Both the position numbers and the translations under genes were made by a program. The notes below the pieces were generated by a model. The model did not search any database. It had not been told where the DNA came from and saw nothing but the letters and a program-made list of their open reading frames with translations. From Craspedostauros australis (taxonomy: Eukaryota), in assembly GCA_030167865.1 (NCBI GenBank), contig JALAGF010001194.1, forward strand, positions 1 to 45,730: 45,730 bases of DNA, written 5' to 3'. The stretch's first letter is position 1, and each line of letters starts with the position of its first letter. Below are positions 34,738 to 45,730 of the stretch, in pieces.

Positions 34738-36285
34738 ATGGTCTTCCGTCTTGTTCGGCGGCTGCCCATTGGTTTTGCGTCACGAGCATACATCCATCCA
34801 TCAAGTGTCTCCACCATTTCACGTTCACTTGGAGTGAGATACATGGGAGACGACACATTGATCTCGGGTGCCTTTGGCTACGGCATCGCGGTTCCCGTCA
34901 AACACATCAAGGAGGTGAGAGAACCTGGATCGTCCGACCAAGAAACAGAGTACTTGGACAACTTGAAACAAGTTGACGAGGCATGGTTGCTGGAGTCGTT
35001 CTCCGGCTACCACTTTTACAACATCTACAACACCTTCGTGTTCCTCTCCAAGGACAAGATAATGAGAACACCATCCATGTATATGACCTATGAGGAGGCA
35101 TCAGCAGAAGACTGTTATGAACGTTTCAGCGTCCGAGTTGACCAGAAGAATAACGACCCACATCATCAACCATACGATGAGTTGAACACAGAACTCATCG
35201 CTGTCGCACAAAAGCTGCTGCCCAAGACCGAAGGCAAGCTGTGGTATCCCCCTGGTATGTACAGTTTCCTCACCTTCATGGAAGACGATGCGTTCGATGA
35301 ACTCCAACCAGTGAATCCTGTTTCCAAGAAGAGCAAAAGAATGACTCCCGTCTCTTCCGGAGCTGTGAAAGACAGTGACCCCGAGCCATTTCATCCTGAC
35401 TGTCATCATCTCTTCGACATCAAATTGATGATTTTCGATGAGAAGGAGCACAGCCCTGATGGCGACGGTGATGGCAAGAGCGATGCAGAAGAGAGACCAT
35501 TCCACATCATCGAGTCCAGCAGAGCTCTGCTGTCCCAACGTGCCCCAAACTTTGAGAAGTTCATTGCGAAGCATGGAACAACCAACACCATCGTTGGTGG
35601 CGGTGGTGGTAGCGACGGCAGTGGTGGGAATGAAAGTAGCCCTGCGAACATCACAGAGGTGACCATTCGATTGGACGAGCTGCGTGCAAGCGCGTTGAGA
35701 GATGTGCTGTGCTACTACACCACCCGCAACTTCGTTGGTGGACTGCCAACACCCGAAGAAGGCCCCGATCGGTTCCGTGCTGTGCAACAAGTCCGAGAAG
35801 AACTCGGCATTCGCGAACGGCATTCTTGGTGCGATCTGGACGTCAACACTCACGAGGTTTTCCCGAAGCAACCATCTTCCGAGACTGTGACGCTCATCAC
35901 TAGGTCGGGTAAAGTCTATGCTCCCAAGGCCATCCTCGGACTCGTGAACCCAGTCTTGTACGGTATAATGTATTCCAACAAGGATGAAGATGGCAACGGT
36001 GATGGGTCTCCGCAACGTATCAAGTGGCGTTACTACTCATCTGCGGAAGTGCGGTACGTATTGTTGGCATTGATTCTGGGCGACAAGAGAGGTGGAAAGA
36101 TCGAGATTCCCTATGTGCACGTCGAATGGATCGAGATGTTGATGGAAGACTTGGGTGAAAGCAAGAAATCGCTGGCATTGTGGTACGGGTCGCCGTATAG
36201 AGAAAAGGGTGACATGACCTACAGCTTCAGGGAGGAACCCTACAGAGAGGGTGGTTATTCCGACTACGTGGTGGAGTATGGTTGA
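34738..36285 (+). CDS. Protein with two BTB/POZ-like domains and an uncharacterised N-terminal domain, 515 aa
   Basis: BTB1: FDIKLMI...SSRALLSQRAPNFEKFI...IRLDELRASALRDVLCYYTT. BTB2: VTLITRSGKVYAPKAILGLVNPVLYGIM...IKWRYYSSAEVRYVL. Intronless; alternative start at the downstream Met (MGDDT). Confidence 0.7.
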   Translation: MVFRLVRRLPIGFASRAYIHPSSVSTISRSLGVRYMGDDTLISGAFGYGIAVPVKHIKEVREPGSSDQETEYLDNLKQVDEAWLLESFSGYHFYNIYNTFVFLSKDKIMRTPSMYMTYEEASAEDCYERFSVRVDQKNNDPHHQPYDELNTELIAVAQKLLPKTEGKLWYPPGMYSFLTFMEDDAFDELQPVNPVSKKSKRMTPVSSGAVKDSDPEPFHPDCHHLFDIKLMIFDEKEHSPDGDGDGKSDAEERPFHIIESSRALLSQRAPNFEKFIAKHGTTNTIVGGGGGSDGSGGNESSPANITEVTIRLDELRASALRDVLCYYTTRNFVGGLPTPEEGPDRFRAVQQVREELGIRERHSWCDLDVNTHEVFPKQPSSETVTLITRSGKVYAPKAILGLVNPVLYGIMYSNKDEDGNGDGSPQRIKWRYYSSAEVRYVLLALILGDKRGGKIEIPYVHVEWIEMLMEDLGESKKSLALWYGSPYREKGDMTYSFREEPYREGGYSDYVVEYG

Positions 36286-36617
36286 TATTCAGTGAGACGA
36301 GTCAACAGAGACCCTGCTCGGTAACCACACCCACACCCATGCCAGTATCACCATCGATGCAATGATGTCCGAATAGATCGTATCGTTCGGCGCATGGCGC
36401 GCATCCTATCCACAGCAAGTTCGTTTGAACAGGAGTATGGCACTCAAGTGCGAGTATGAGTACATGTTTAATCTACGCATCATAGTTACGGACGTCAACA
36501 TACACTCGTACCCAACAGGAACATGCTTCGAGATGAACGAGAGAGCAGAATGAGGAAGTGTTTAAGGTTTGTTGAGACTGCAGTAGACTACGATGCATGT
36601 ACTCCGCCCTGCCTCAC

Positions 36618-38743
36618 CTACCAACCATCGAACATCCCCTTTCCAACATCCTCTTCCTTGACTTGCTTCGAAGAGCTGCTTCCAGCATCATCATCGTTGC
36701 TGCTGTCTTTGGCAGGTGTCGCGACGGACGATGCGGAGGCTTTCTGAATCATGGGTGGCAGTTCCAAACCCCGTTCCTTCGCCGTCTCGACCGCCATGCG
36801 CGCCCGTTCCTTCTGCTCGTTCTCCATCTGCTCCATCTGCTGCTTGCGATACTCTGCCAGCGTGATGCCGTTGCCATCGCCGCGTCCGTCCATGGCGCCG
36901 ACCGGAACGGCAACCTGGCCATCGTCCTGTTCCGATTGCGGCGCCAGCTGGAGGCAGGTGGGTCCCATGCGTCCCGTGCGGAAGTCCTGCAGGATCTTGC
37001 GCGATGCGTCTTCGGGGTCGCCCTGACAAGTGTTGTCGGCGATCTTGAAGAGCATGTCCTCGCCGGACATGTACCTGAGGTTTCCAGTCCCGTAGTCCTC
37101 TATCTTCTCCAGAGGATCGAAGGAGTATCGTTCTTTAACTTTGTCGCGCCACGCGGGTGCTGTCTGACCTTGCTTGTCCATGATGTAAATCGTTTTGAGC
37201 CATTCGCAAAGGTATGCTGCAACGGCCTGCATGTGTCGAAAGGGATGCATATATGCATACGGGCGAGTGTGGGTGACGGTGTGTGTTGGGGAGTGAAAGG
37301 AATTCGCGGGGTGGAGCGAGATGAGGGTTGATCAGAGTTAGTGCTGGCGACGGTGACAGTGATGGTGACAGCGATGGTGACAGCGATGGTGACATTGTTC
37401 ATTCACCAGGGTGCTCGCGAATAGAAGTGACTCCAAACACTGTCTGAGTGCCCGACGGCAATCCACCGCGCCATTGGGACTCTTACCTGATTGTCGTAAG
37501 CGGCATTTCCGATGCAATTGCATGCAGCCAACAGGACCGCATCCGATTGATCCACCATCTTGGCCGGGATGATCCCCGGACTGTCGAGAAGCTCGAACTC
37601 TTTCTTGAAGGACGTCGCATCCGATTTGGTGGAGCCGGATGCCTTCGAGTACTCGCTGGAGCGCACGCGGATCCATTGCAGGGATCGCGTGACGCCGGGC
37701 GTGTTGGCCGTGCGGGCGCGCTTGCGACCCAGGATGCGGTTGATGAGGGCCGACTTGCCCACGTTGGGATAGCCGATGATGCCGACGCGCAAGGGACGCG
37801 CGTTGAGTCCACGTCGTGCCCTGCGCTCGTTGACATGGTGACCGGCCTTGAAGATGGCGCGGTGCAGGGCGTGGATGCCCTGGCCCTGCTTAGCATCGAC
37901 GAAGAGAACCTGCTCGACGGGCGAGATCTCATTCTTGGCATTGCTGCCCGACTTGTTCTGGCTGACGAACTTGGTTCTGAAGTTTTTGGCCTGCTTGGCC
38001 TGGTTGGAGACCTGCGGGTTGATGGGCGTGTCGTCCCATCTGTGCGCCCCCAGGGTTTCGTAGGCACGCTTCCAGGCGATCTCTGCCGACTTGGGGATGG
38101 AGTCGACGTGCGTGAGGACCACGATACGGGGCAAGCCTGCGCACCATTCTCCCACTCTGGGATGCGTGGTGGCCTTGCAGGCACGGGCATCCCGCACCTC
38201 GAGAATGACATCTACGGCGCGCAGAGTCTCCGAGAGCTGACGCTCAGCCTTGGCGATGTGGCCTGGGTACCATTGGACGGGCGGGCGACGGTAGCCTGAC
38301 TGCAGCAGCTCCTCATCGACTATATCTCGCGGATAGGACCTGTCTGAGATGGAGGAGAAGAGCCGCATGCTGCTGCTGCGATGCGACCGTGCACCGAAGC
38401 TGAGAAGCGATTTGGAGGGAGAGACAGTGGGTGGTGACTGGGGTGCCGCTCGTGGCATCGAGAGATGGAGTGCTCCGAATGCGTCTCCCGTCGTTGCTAT
38501 CGTTGCGGCCATCGTGGCTGTCTGTGTGATCGTCCTCGTGCCGGTTGATGCGGAAGCAGGTGAGAGGAAGGCGGCCATGGTCCTGTGTCTAGCTGCGAAT
38601 CCAGCAGAGACGCCTGCCGCAGAGGCTCTGACGGAGCTGAGTCCCCACATGAAGAATGAGCCGATGAACACCCACGGCAGCAGGTGCTGGATTACGGACG
38701 CTGTGGTATGGCCAGCCGACCCGTGTGATATGGAGCGACGCAT
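36618..38743 (-). CDS. rbgA: RbgA/YlqF circularly permuted ribosome-biogenesis GTPase, probably plastid-targeted; 2 exons (38743-37487, 37226-36618), about 621 aa
   Basis: QWYPGHIAKA, EVRDAR, G1 GYPNVGKS, G2 TPGVT, G3 DSPG, and C-terminal ILQDFRTGRMG on exon 2. In-frame phase-0 intron; N-terminal hydrophobic signal plus S/T/A-rich transit-like peptide. Confidence 0.92.
37227..37486 (-). other. Spliceosomal intron (260 nt) in the RbgA-like gene
   Basis: Minus-strand CAG|GTAAGA donor at 37486 and TGCAG acceptor ending at 37227; joins YDNQ to AVAAYL in frame. Confidence 0.85.
37352..37395. repeat. 12-bp tandem repeat GGTGACAGYGAT, about 3.7 copies, intronic
   Basis: Read directly inside the RbgA intron. 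Confidence 0.85.
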
Positions 38744-38750
38744 GTATTGT

Positions 38751-38780
38751 ATACTATACTATACTATGCTATACTATTAT
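38751..38780. repeat. ATACT pentamer microsatellite immediately upstream of the RbgA start
   Basis: atact atact atact atgct atact attat. Confidence 0.8.
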
Positions 38781-39116
38781 AGTATTGTACTGGCTGGATT
38801 GCGCCGCAGAGTAGTGACACGAGGAGGTACAGAGTTTCTGTGGTTGCTGCGTTTCCGTAGATCGTACTATGCGGCTCTGTGGCTGTCGATCACGGCACTT
38901 TGCTCTGTTGTCGATGTTGATGAGTTATGGCTGATGGGTGATTGATCGCAAGGGTTGATTGAGGTTGATGTGGATGGATGGATAGTCGCACGAGCACGAG
39001 TACAAGTATGGTACAAGTAGAGTGTGCGCAGTGAGAACCTTTGGGAAGAAGGAGTTGATGTGTGGAATGATGTTGAAGAAGGAATGTCCACCATCAACTC
39101 GCGAATCAAACCCCAA

Positions 39117-39143
39117 ACAACAACAACAACAACAACAACAACA
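39117..39143. repeat. (ACA)9 microsatellite
   Basis: Read directly. Confidence 0.9.
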
Positions 39144-40320
39144 GGGGTGGAGCAGAAAAGAGTCAGAAGGAAGCGAATGGATGCGGCGAAGACCGTTGCC
39201 CATCGCCTGATTTTGTGTTGTGTTGGTCTTGTTGATGGCTTTTCTCTGTTCCTTCGCACGATCATCCACGTTTCGTCGAATTCCGTGGTTGGCCAAGGCG
39301 ACATGAGCGTACGCAGTACAGACGAAGTATGGTTTGATTCCATCGATTACTTTGGACTACGATTCACACGACCAATCGAACACAAGAGATGCAACCATTT
39401 TGTCTCTTGGATGGACAAGTGTTGACACTTCGCAGACAGACGCTGGTTCAATCCACAAGGGCGAAAGCCAAAACCGGTCGCTGCGAACGGCGACATGTCC
39501 ATTCCAATCACATGAAACACAAAAGGAAGCTTCAGGAACTGCGTGACACCCAATCCTGTTGGGCTTCGCAACATCACGATGAGGGGTTCGCGTGGAATCG
39601 CGGACGATGGGGCGGGAATGTGATCGCTTCGAAAGCTGCTTGGACCCAGAACAGGTCTCAAGCGAAAATGAAGCAAGAGGAATGGGGAACAGCACGCAAC
39701 CAAGATAGCACAGAGAGAGGAGGCGGCTGAAGGAAGAACAGGAGAGAGCACGTTGGCAGCCGCAGCGACGCTTCCCAACGAAAGAAACGAGACGAACGCA
39801 AACTCCCATCAGCCTCTCTCGCAAACCATTCCCAACAGGGACAACAGCCATCTTCTTCATTCGACCATCTCACAACATCATTCTGCCGTATCTCAGCTGC
39901 ATCCACACCTCGGTCTGAGTCCCTCATCGATAGAAGCAGCGGAGTGGCAGAAACAGCGACGACAACCACAACAACAATCAAAGATACCGATCTCTGTTGA
40001 AGCCGGCTCGGGTTGCTGCTTCACATACCATACCATACGCACGCCCACGCCCTTGTGTCTAAGTAGATTGACGCTTGCATACTCGCACTTTCACACAATA
40101 CGAGTTCCACTCAATAAAATACAGACCTCAAACACAACGAGGACCAGCGGCATAGTCCCAAATCGCGTTCCTCGTTACCGTCACAAGGCAAAGAAGCACA
40201 AGCTTACTGGTACACAAGCGAACACCTGCCCACATCACAGCCCGTCGAAAAAACTGCGGAGAAACAGGAGCGTGCAACAAGACAGTAGATCGTATCCACA
40301 TAGAACACCAGAGAGACACA

Positions 40321-40677
40321 ATGATCGTGGTTGGATTGGTCGTCGCGGTGGTCGTGGGCTACCGAAGGCGGAGGATGCGGCGTGCCGCCAATGGCGAGGA
40401 GCCATGCAGATCCACGAACGGCTACGTCGCCATGAAGATGGACTGCGACGAGTACATTCCAGCGCAGACGCAGGTCCAGCGGGTCGAGATATATGCGGAG
40501 GACTGCGTCACACCGTCATCCTCGGCCATACTGTCGTCCTCCAGTCTCGACACGATTGACGACGACGAGGACGATACGCCGGCAAAGAATATTGCGGCCG
40601 ACCTTCCGGATGAACCATCATTCGCGGATGATTCAATAACGACCACATCGGAGGATCTTGTCTTAGGTTGCGATTGA
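40321..40677 (+). CDS. Small protein with N-terminal hydrophobic anchor, Arg cluster and acidic tail, 118 aa
   Basis: MIVVGLVVAVVVGY-RRRRMRR topology signal; GC3-biased codons; acaATG after a long C/A-rich leader. Confidence 0.55.
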   Translation: MIVVGLVVAVVVGYRRRRMRRAANGEEPCRSTNGYVAMKMDCDEYIPAQTQVQRVEIYAEDCVTPSSSAILSSSSLDTIDDDEDDTPAKNIAADLPDEPSFADDSITTTSEDLVLGCD

Positions 40678-42080
40678 CAAACCTTCGGCTTGCCGCACCA
40701 AGATCACTCGCACGAACTCATGTTCATGTTCATGGAACGGAGATCGAGGAGGCTGCGGCTGCGACTTTCTTCTCGTGTTGCCGCATCCCCAGCGATTATG
40801 GACACTCCATCAACTCGCTCGTCCTCTCTCTCTCTCGGACCTGTTCCGATAATGTAATTTAATGTCCTTTCTGGCCACCAAGAAGACACGGAAGATTGTG
40901 GTGGGGCACCGTCGTCCTGATGTTTTCGGTGGACCTTTTATGCTCGTTGTTGACTTCTTGAGCAACGGATCCGCTGAGCTTGTGGTAGAAGCAAGCAAAC
41001 ATTGGGCATGGTGCTCTTGGGGGGCGATTTCATCGTCGCCGCTGCGTTGACGACTACAGACAAGAGTACCAATAGATCGAAAGTAGCAGCCGCACACAAC
41101 CCAGAACATGGACCGCCAGCAGCCTCCAAAGCCAAATGAGGCTCTGTTCTTTGTCCATCCGCTACTGGCGCGCAATCCTAAGACGCATTCCCGACAAATG
41201 CACCACCAAACACCTGCGCCTCTCCGCATCATGATAGTTGTGGTTCGTGTTGTCACATGTTGGCGCATCGTCTCATTGGACACTTCCACAAAGATATCGG
41301 GTGCTCCACCAATCCCACTTCTCGAAAGTGAAGTAAGACTACTCTATGGGCAGTATACAAGCGCTCCACTTCACTCTCTTCGCCAGTTTTCCACTTGTTT
41401 GCTTGCTTACTTACTTGTTTGCTTACGCAGTCGTACAAGCATGGAGCTATCCCACCACAAGAACACAATACTCCGAGATCAAGAGTGCCATGCCAGACGT
41501 GATACACTGAAAGAAGAGCGGTGCCAATTCATGCTTCCGCGATGTTGCAGTTCGAAGGCATGTGTATGTACTCATTCAAGCCACGTGCCACGGGAGGTAC
41601 GACTATTTGGTTGATCAAGACATTCATTTGTGAGTGTTCTGCGCGGCGTGCCTTCACAAATGTGGGCTTGTAGATGATCGTTTGTGACATTTAGATGTCC
41701 CATTAAGGATATACATATCAATGAACGGCATACAAATCTCCGCGCACCCGCGTGTCATTTGTCGCGCCTGGCGATGAAGGAACCATGCAAATGCACACAA
41801 AATGAAAGACAGCTCAACGCAACCCAATGCGACACGAGATCAACCAGAAGCCATGAAAGGTCTTCGGTCTTGCATGTATGGTACATCCATGTTTGCAAGC
41901 ATCGCGGCACGATTTCCGGAGCTCTTGCCTGCACGCAATCGATCCCGGATGCACCGCTCATGCAAGAGTGTTCGCGCAAGCGATTGCGGTGGAATGTAGC
42001 CCACAATGATCAAGGATCCACGACCATTGACGTCTCTCTGGAGAAGTGAATGGTGGGGCAGCCTGCGTACTCGTACTTCA

Positions 42081-42102
42081 AGAGAGAGAGAGAGAGAGAG
42101 AG
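42081..42102. repeat. (AG)11 microsatellite
   Basis: Read directly. Confidence 0.9.
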
Positions 42103-43267
42103 TACTCGGCTGCGTGATGAATCAAAAGGCCCATGATGAGGTTGTTTTCGCGTTGAGCGGAGAATCATCGAGGGTCAACCAAACATTGCATTGTATTATA
42201 TCTCCGAAGGCAACAACGGCGCCGCTCATCGACACCATCGCCGAGCCAGCGATGGCAACGGCGACGTGAAGTGAAGCGGCAAGCGTACTGGATCTTGTGG
42301 CAAGACTGCATTGAATGACAATGCTTCTCATGAAACCCATCTTGACGAAGATTGGTCATTTGAGATCGAATGTCGAAGGTGTCATGGAACCAAGACGACC
42401 CTCGCGAAGAACCTCTTAATTCGACAAATCATCCTTCGGACTTTTCTGTTGCGACTACAAACCGTTGATACTGGCTCGTACCGCGCTCGTACTCTGTTTT
42501 GTGAGCATGCATGTCGGCAGGAGTGCAGCGGACTTCGCCACTGCTGTTACTCAGCGCGCTGATGTTGTGGATTGGAAGCCACGCATGCAGCCTACTACAA
42601 CTGCCACTCCCGTGTTATCCCACCATGTTCAACTCCAGTCAACTATGCGATACTACACGCTTTGGCGAACGCACTTCGTACTTGGAGCTGGATCGATTAG
42701 GAATACGAGTATATCTAGCGTTAAATTGGCGCCGTTTGGAAGTGTCGCGCGCGTACGACACACTCCTCTGCTCGACTTGGCTCCAGTCATGATGACTGCC
42801 AGTTGCCGCCCTTCGAGCATTGCCAATAGCTCTGGCTGCTGCTTGGCAATCTTCGATTTCAAGGGAGAGGCGTACTCGTCGGTAGCTCCAGCTCCAGCGC
42901 CATGCAGAGCGAGCTGCAGACAAGTCCATGTCACCTTGCTTCGGTGCGCCTCTGCTTGGATTCTTATGGGTATTGCTATTCAATACCATGTGATCATGTA
43001 TTGCCTAGCCTCGCGGCGGTTGCTGGCATCTTGTGGTTACCTTGGCGAGTTCTCTTCTGCGCCCGAAGTGAGAACTACTACGTCCAGTGGACGATCGGTC
43101 CTTCCATTCTCGTCGCAGTGCCACTCAGGTATGGGCATAGCGTTCCCATCGCAACTCCTGAAGATCAGAGGGAGAGAGGAGTTTGTGCGATGTTTCGTCC
43201 TGATCGGCATCTCTTGCCATTCTGGAGTCGGCGTTGTCTTCGTCGTGTCCCGTGCTTCATTCTTCAT

Positions 43268-43693
43268 TCACAGGATGACGCATGTATTGACCTTGCGATC
43301 CATGCCCTCGTCCGACAAGTCAGAAGCATCGCTTGCCATCGATAACGTGTCGATGTCTTGAATGTGGAAGCTGCTCCTCCGAGATGACAGCGACGACGTG
43401 GGTTCAGTTCTTGATGGGCTGCGGCTTCGACGATCCGCCTTCTTGGTATCGATGTCTTTGCACAGCTCTCTGATGGCTGCTTCGAGCATCTGCTTCTGTT
43501 GTCTCATGGCATCCTGGTTGGCCTGAGACCGATTGACGAAGATGCGGATTGCCTCAGCCAGCAGCGCTTGGTGCTGATCTGGATCCGGGTAGCCGACGAT
43601 GCCCAGGTTGGCCCTGGCCTCCATCGACATGCTGCGCGCATCGATGAACCGGATGTCCAATGCCTTCATGAGTGCTGCGTTGATTGATGTCAT
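43268..43693 (-). CDS. Small hypothetical protein ending in a CaaX motif (CVIL), 141 aa
   Basis: caccATG start after a C/A-rich repeat leader; helical N-terminal half, Ser/Arg-rich linker, terminus ...NTCVIL-stop. Confidence 0.7.
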   Translation of the reverse strand: MTSINAALMKALDIRFIDARSMSMEARANLGIVGYPDPDQHQALLAEAIRIFVNRSQANQDAMRQQKQMLEAAIRELCKDIDTKKADRRSRSPSRTEPTSSLSSRRSSFHIQDIDTLSMASDASDLSDEGMDRKVNTCVIL

Positions 43694-43720
43694 GGTGATG
43701 CTGTGTTGATGTGTACGATT

Positions 43721-43810
43721 GTGTGATTTGTGTGACTTGCGTGATTTGTGTGACTTGCGTGATTTGTGTGACTTGTGTGATTTGTGTGCTTTGCTTGAAT
43801 TGTGTGCTTT
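43721..43810. repeat. 9-bp tandem minisatellite (GTGTGATTT/GTGTGACTT, about 10 units with 18-bp higher order)
   Basis: Read directly; alternating ATTT/ACTT units that degenerate at the right end. Confidence 0.9.
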
Positions 43811-45730
43811 GCGATTGTGTTGTGAGAACAGGAGTGCAGAAGCGAGAATAGGAAAGCTGCATGATCAAGTTGTTGGCCTCTCTTGGCTACACTTGGTGTT
43901 GGAGGCGTGCGAGATCAGCTCATGGCAAGTAGCTTCGAATGGAGTGGCCAGACCATCGAGCAGTGCCGATCAACCCAAGCCCCCCTCTTCAAGGAGAACG
44001 ATGGAATCAATGATCTCGGAGTTCGCTTCGTGTCAATCAGCAGCATACAAGACACATCACGAGTTTGGAACCGGCCATGACAACCGAGTGGAAATATCGG
44101 GCCTGCTCATGCACGTGCTGTACCACAGTACATGTTGGGCAACTTCGATCGCCGACCTTGTTTCTCAGCGACTTTCCGGCTCAGATCCGCGAATGGGGCT
44201 GGCCAGAACAAAGTCCAAACACGAACCTGTTCGACCATCGACGTTTTCGTCAGAACAAGGCCACCGTGCACCCCCTCACAGGAAGCGACGTCTCCGAGTG
44301 GACGGATTTGGCGTCTGCCGCGTGCTGGCGACGAGCCCATTTGGCGCTGTCATCCTCGCGGAACAGTTCTTCAGGCGCGTCCACGAACCCATCAGCGCTT
44401 CCATGTGACATGAGCACAGCGGTGGGGCTCAATGGTGTCTGCATTGTTCGAGAAGAGACGTCAAAAGCCGCCCTGGATGATGAGCCGTCGTTTGGGGGAA
44501 GGAGAAAGGACATGGGAGAAAAGCCTGTCTGTGTTTGGAGACGCCAAAGCCGACAACGATCAAAACTCAGCATCTGGACCGAGACATTTTGTGCTCAATA
44601 CTTGCGCTGTGTTGTGATGGATGTGCTTCGGGCGGCGAGTCGAGGTTTGGCGCCTGAGCTTGCGCCATGTCACAGGAGAACTAAAAGCAGGGGGGATAAG
44701 CACGATGATGATTGGGCAAGCCAAAGCGCCGGGATGCGTTTTGGGGTAATGAATTGACGCGCACTTCTGCGTTCCACAGGCATCGAGAGAGAGAGAGAGC
44801 CACGCGACAATTCACAAGAAGAACGTGATGTGTGTACTATGTTGCGATCGATGAGTATGCGTGGTACGGTACCTGCAGGGGTGAATATCTGCGCTTTGCG
44901 TGACACTGGATGTAGTTCGATTGCGGAGAGGCACGCCAACTCTCTTTCTCTCTTGCAACAGGGGGCCTCCTTGTCAGATGGAGCCAGAAGTGACCCCTTC
45001 CTCCTCAATCCGCCTCCAAAGTTACATGCCGTGGCTGTTCTGGCTCGTACTCCTCGTGCGTCATGCAACATGGCACTGGCGTCCGCATGGTCATGCTCTT
45101 CATGGATTTGGATGCAACGCGATCCGTACGAATATGCGTGTGCGTGCGTGCAGCGAAGGTACATAACGTTCATAGACGACATCCCCTTAGCCAAGAGTAT
45201 CGGAGAGGGTCTCTTTGTCGCGCCGTTTCGGTGAGTGCATGGTACCATACATAATAAATTGTATTCCTCCGTTGTGAAATGATTTCCACTTATCTATTTT
45301 ATCATGGGTTCGACACCGTGTCGTGGTGGCCGACTTTGGGAGCTGCGGGAGACCAATTTCCCAGTCGCCTCCCACCCTGGTCTGACGCATCCTTGTTGAC
45401 CTTCGGTACCCATCGCAGTATCATCAATAGTTGATGTACCAATATATGTAGATACCGTTTAAACCGTACCATAAACAGAGGACAGCATCTCCACATTTAG
45501 ACTGCTTGTCTGGCGCCATGCCTCCACGTTTCTGTCACTGAAACACTGTGCAAGAGTTGGTTCGTGTGCTTTCACTTGTTCGAGTGTCTGGAAGGTTAAT
45601 TCTTGGTGTGACGTCACTCTCTGTTCGGTAAGTCCAAATCGTCCTTCAGTTCCACAGACGAAATAGAACACTGTGCAACATGCAAAGAACGACGCAATGA
45701 CAAAATCACGAAACATCGATTTTCTATTTG

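Noticed and set aside
4805-36285. Apparent 'proteostasis cluster' (U-box, J-like, RING-BRCT, sHSP, BTB)
   Set aside because: These are large, common eukaryotic families, in mixed orientation and interspersed with unrelated genes. Without synteny or co-expression data this is not evidence of a functional cluster.
39430-39465. GGTTCAATCC resembling a tRNA T-loop
   Set aside because: Only a 3-bp stem with a 6-nt loop forms, and no acceptor stem or D-arm can be built.
43721-43810. Repeat array as possible CRISPR or telomeric sequence
   Set aside because: The units are contiguous 9-mers with no unique spacers, are not TTAGGG-like, and have no cas genes nearby.
40700-45730. Gene-poor right end as a possible transposon
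   Set aside because: No transposase, reverse-transcriptase or integrase motifs, and no terminal repeats were seen.

Overview
This is eukaryotic nuclear DNA, most likely from a diatom or related stramenopile. The evidence is GT-AG introns, bipartite signal-plus-transit ('AF'-type) plastid-targeting leaders, C/A-rich leaders upstream of many starts, poly-Q/S/T low-complexity proteins and no operon structure. About 14 protein-coding genes can be supported: a U-box protein; a plastid-targeted FMO/flavoprotein monooxygenase of a mainly bacterial-type subfamily; a disordered protein with a C-terminal Zn-ribbon; a small Ser/Pro-rich protein; a convergent gene pair sharing an unnamed ~42-aa C-terminal domain (one partner has an HPD-less J-like domain); a PAAT/C10orf88-like protein; a spliced RING + Tudor-like + BRCT (BRCA1/BARD1-like) protein; a rhodanese/MST sulfurtransferase; a small heat-shock protein; a tandem-BTB protein; a spliced RbgA/YlqF GTPase; a small membrane-anchored protein; and a small CaaX-terminated protein. 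I saw no rRNA, tRNA, CRISPR array or transposon. The best candidate for a novel system is the tail-to-tail pair at 17811-21063. All family assignments come from motif recognition by eye, not from database searches.
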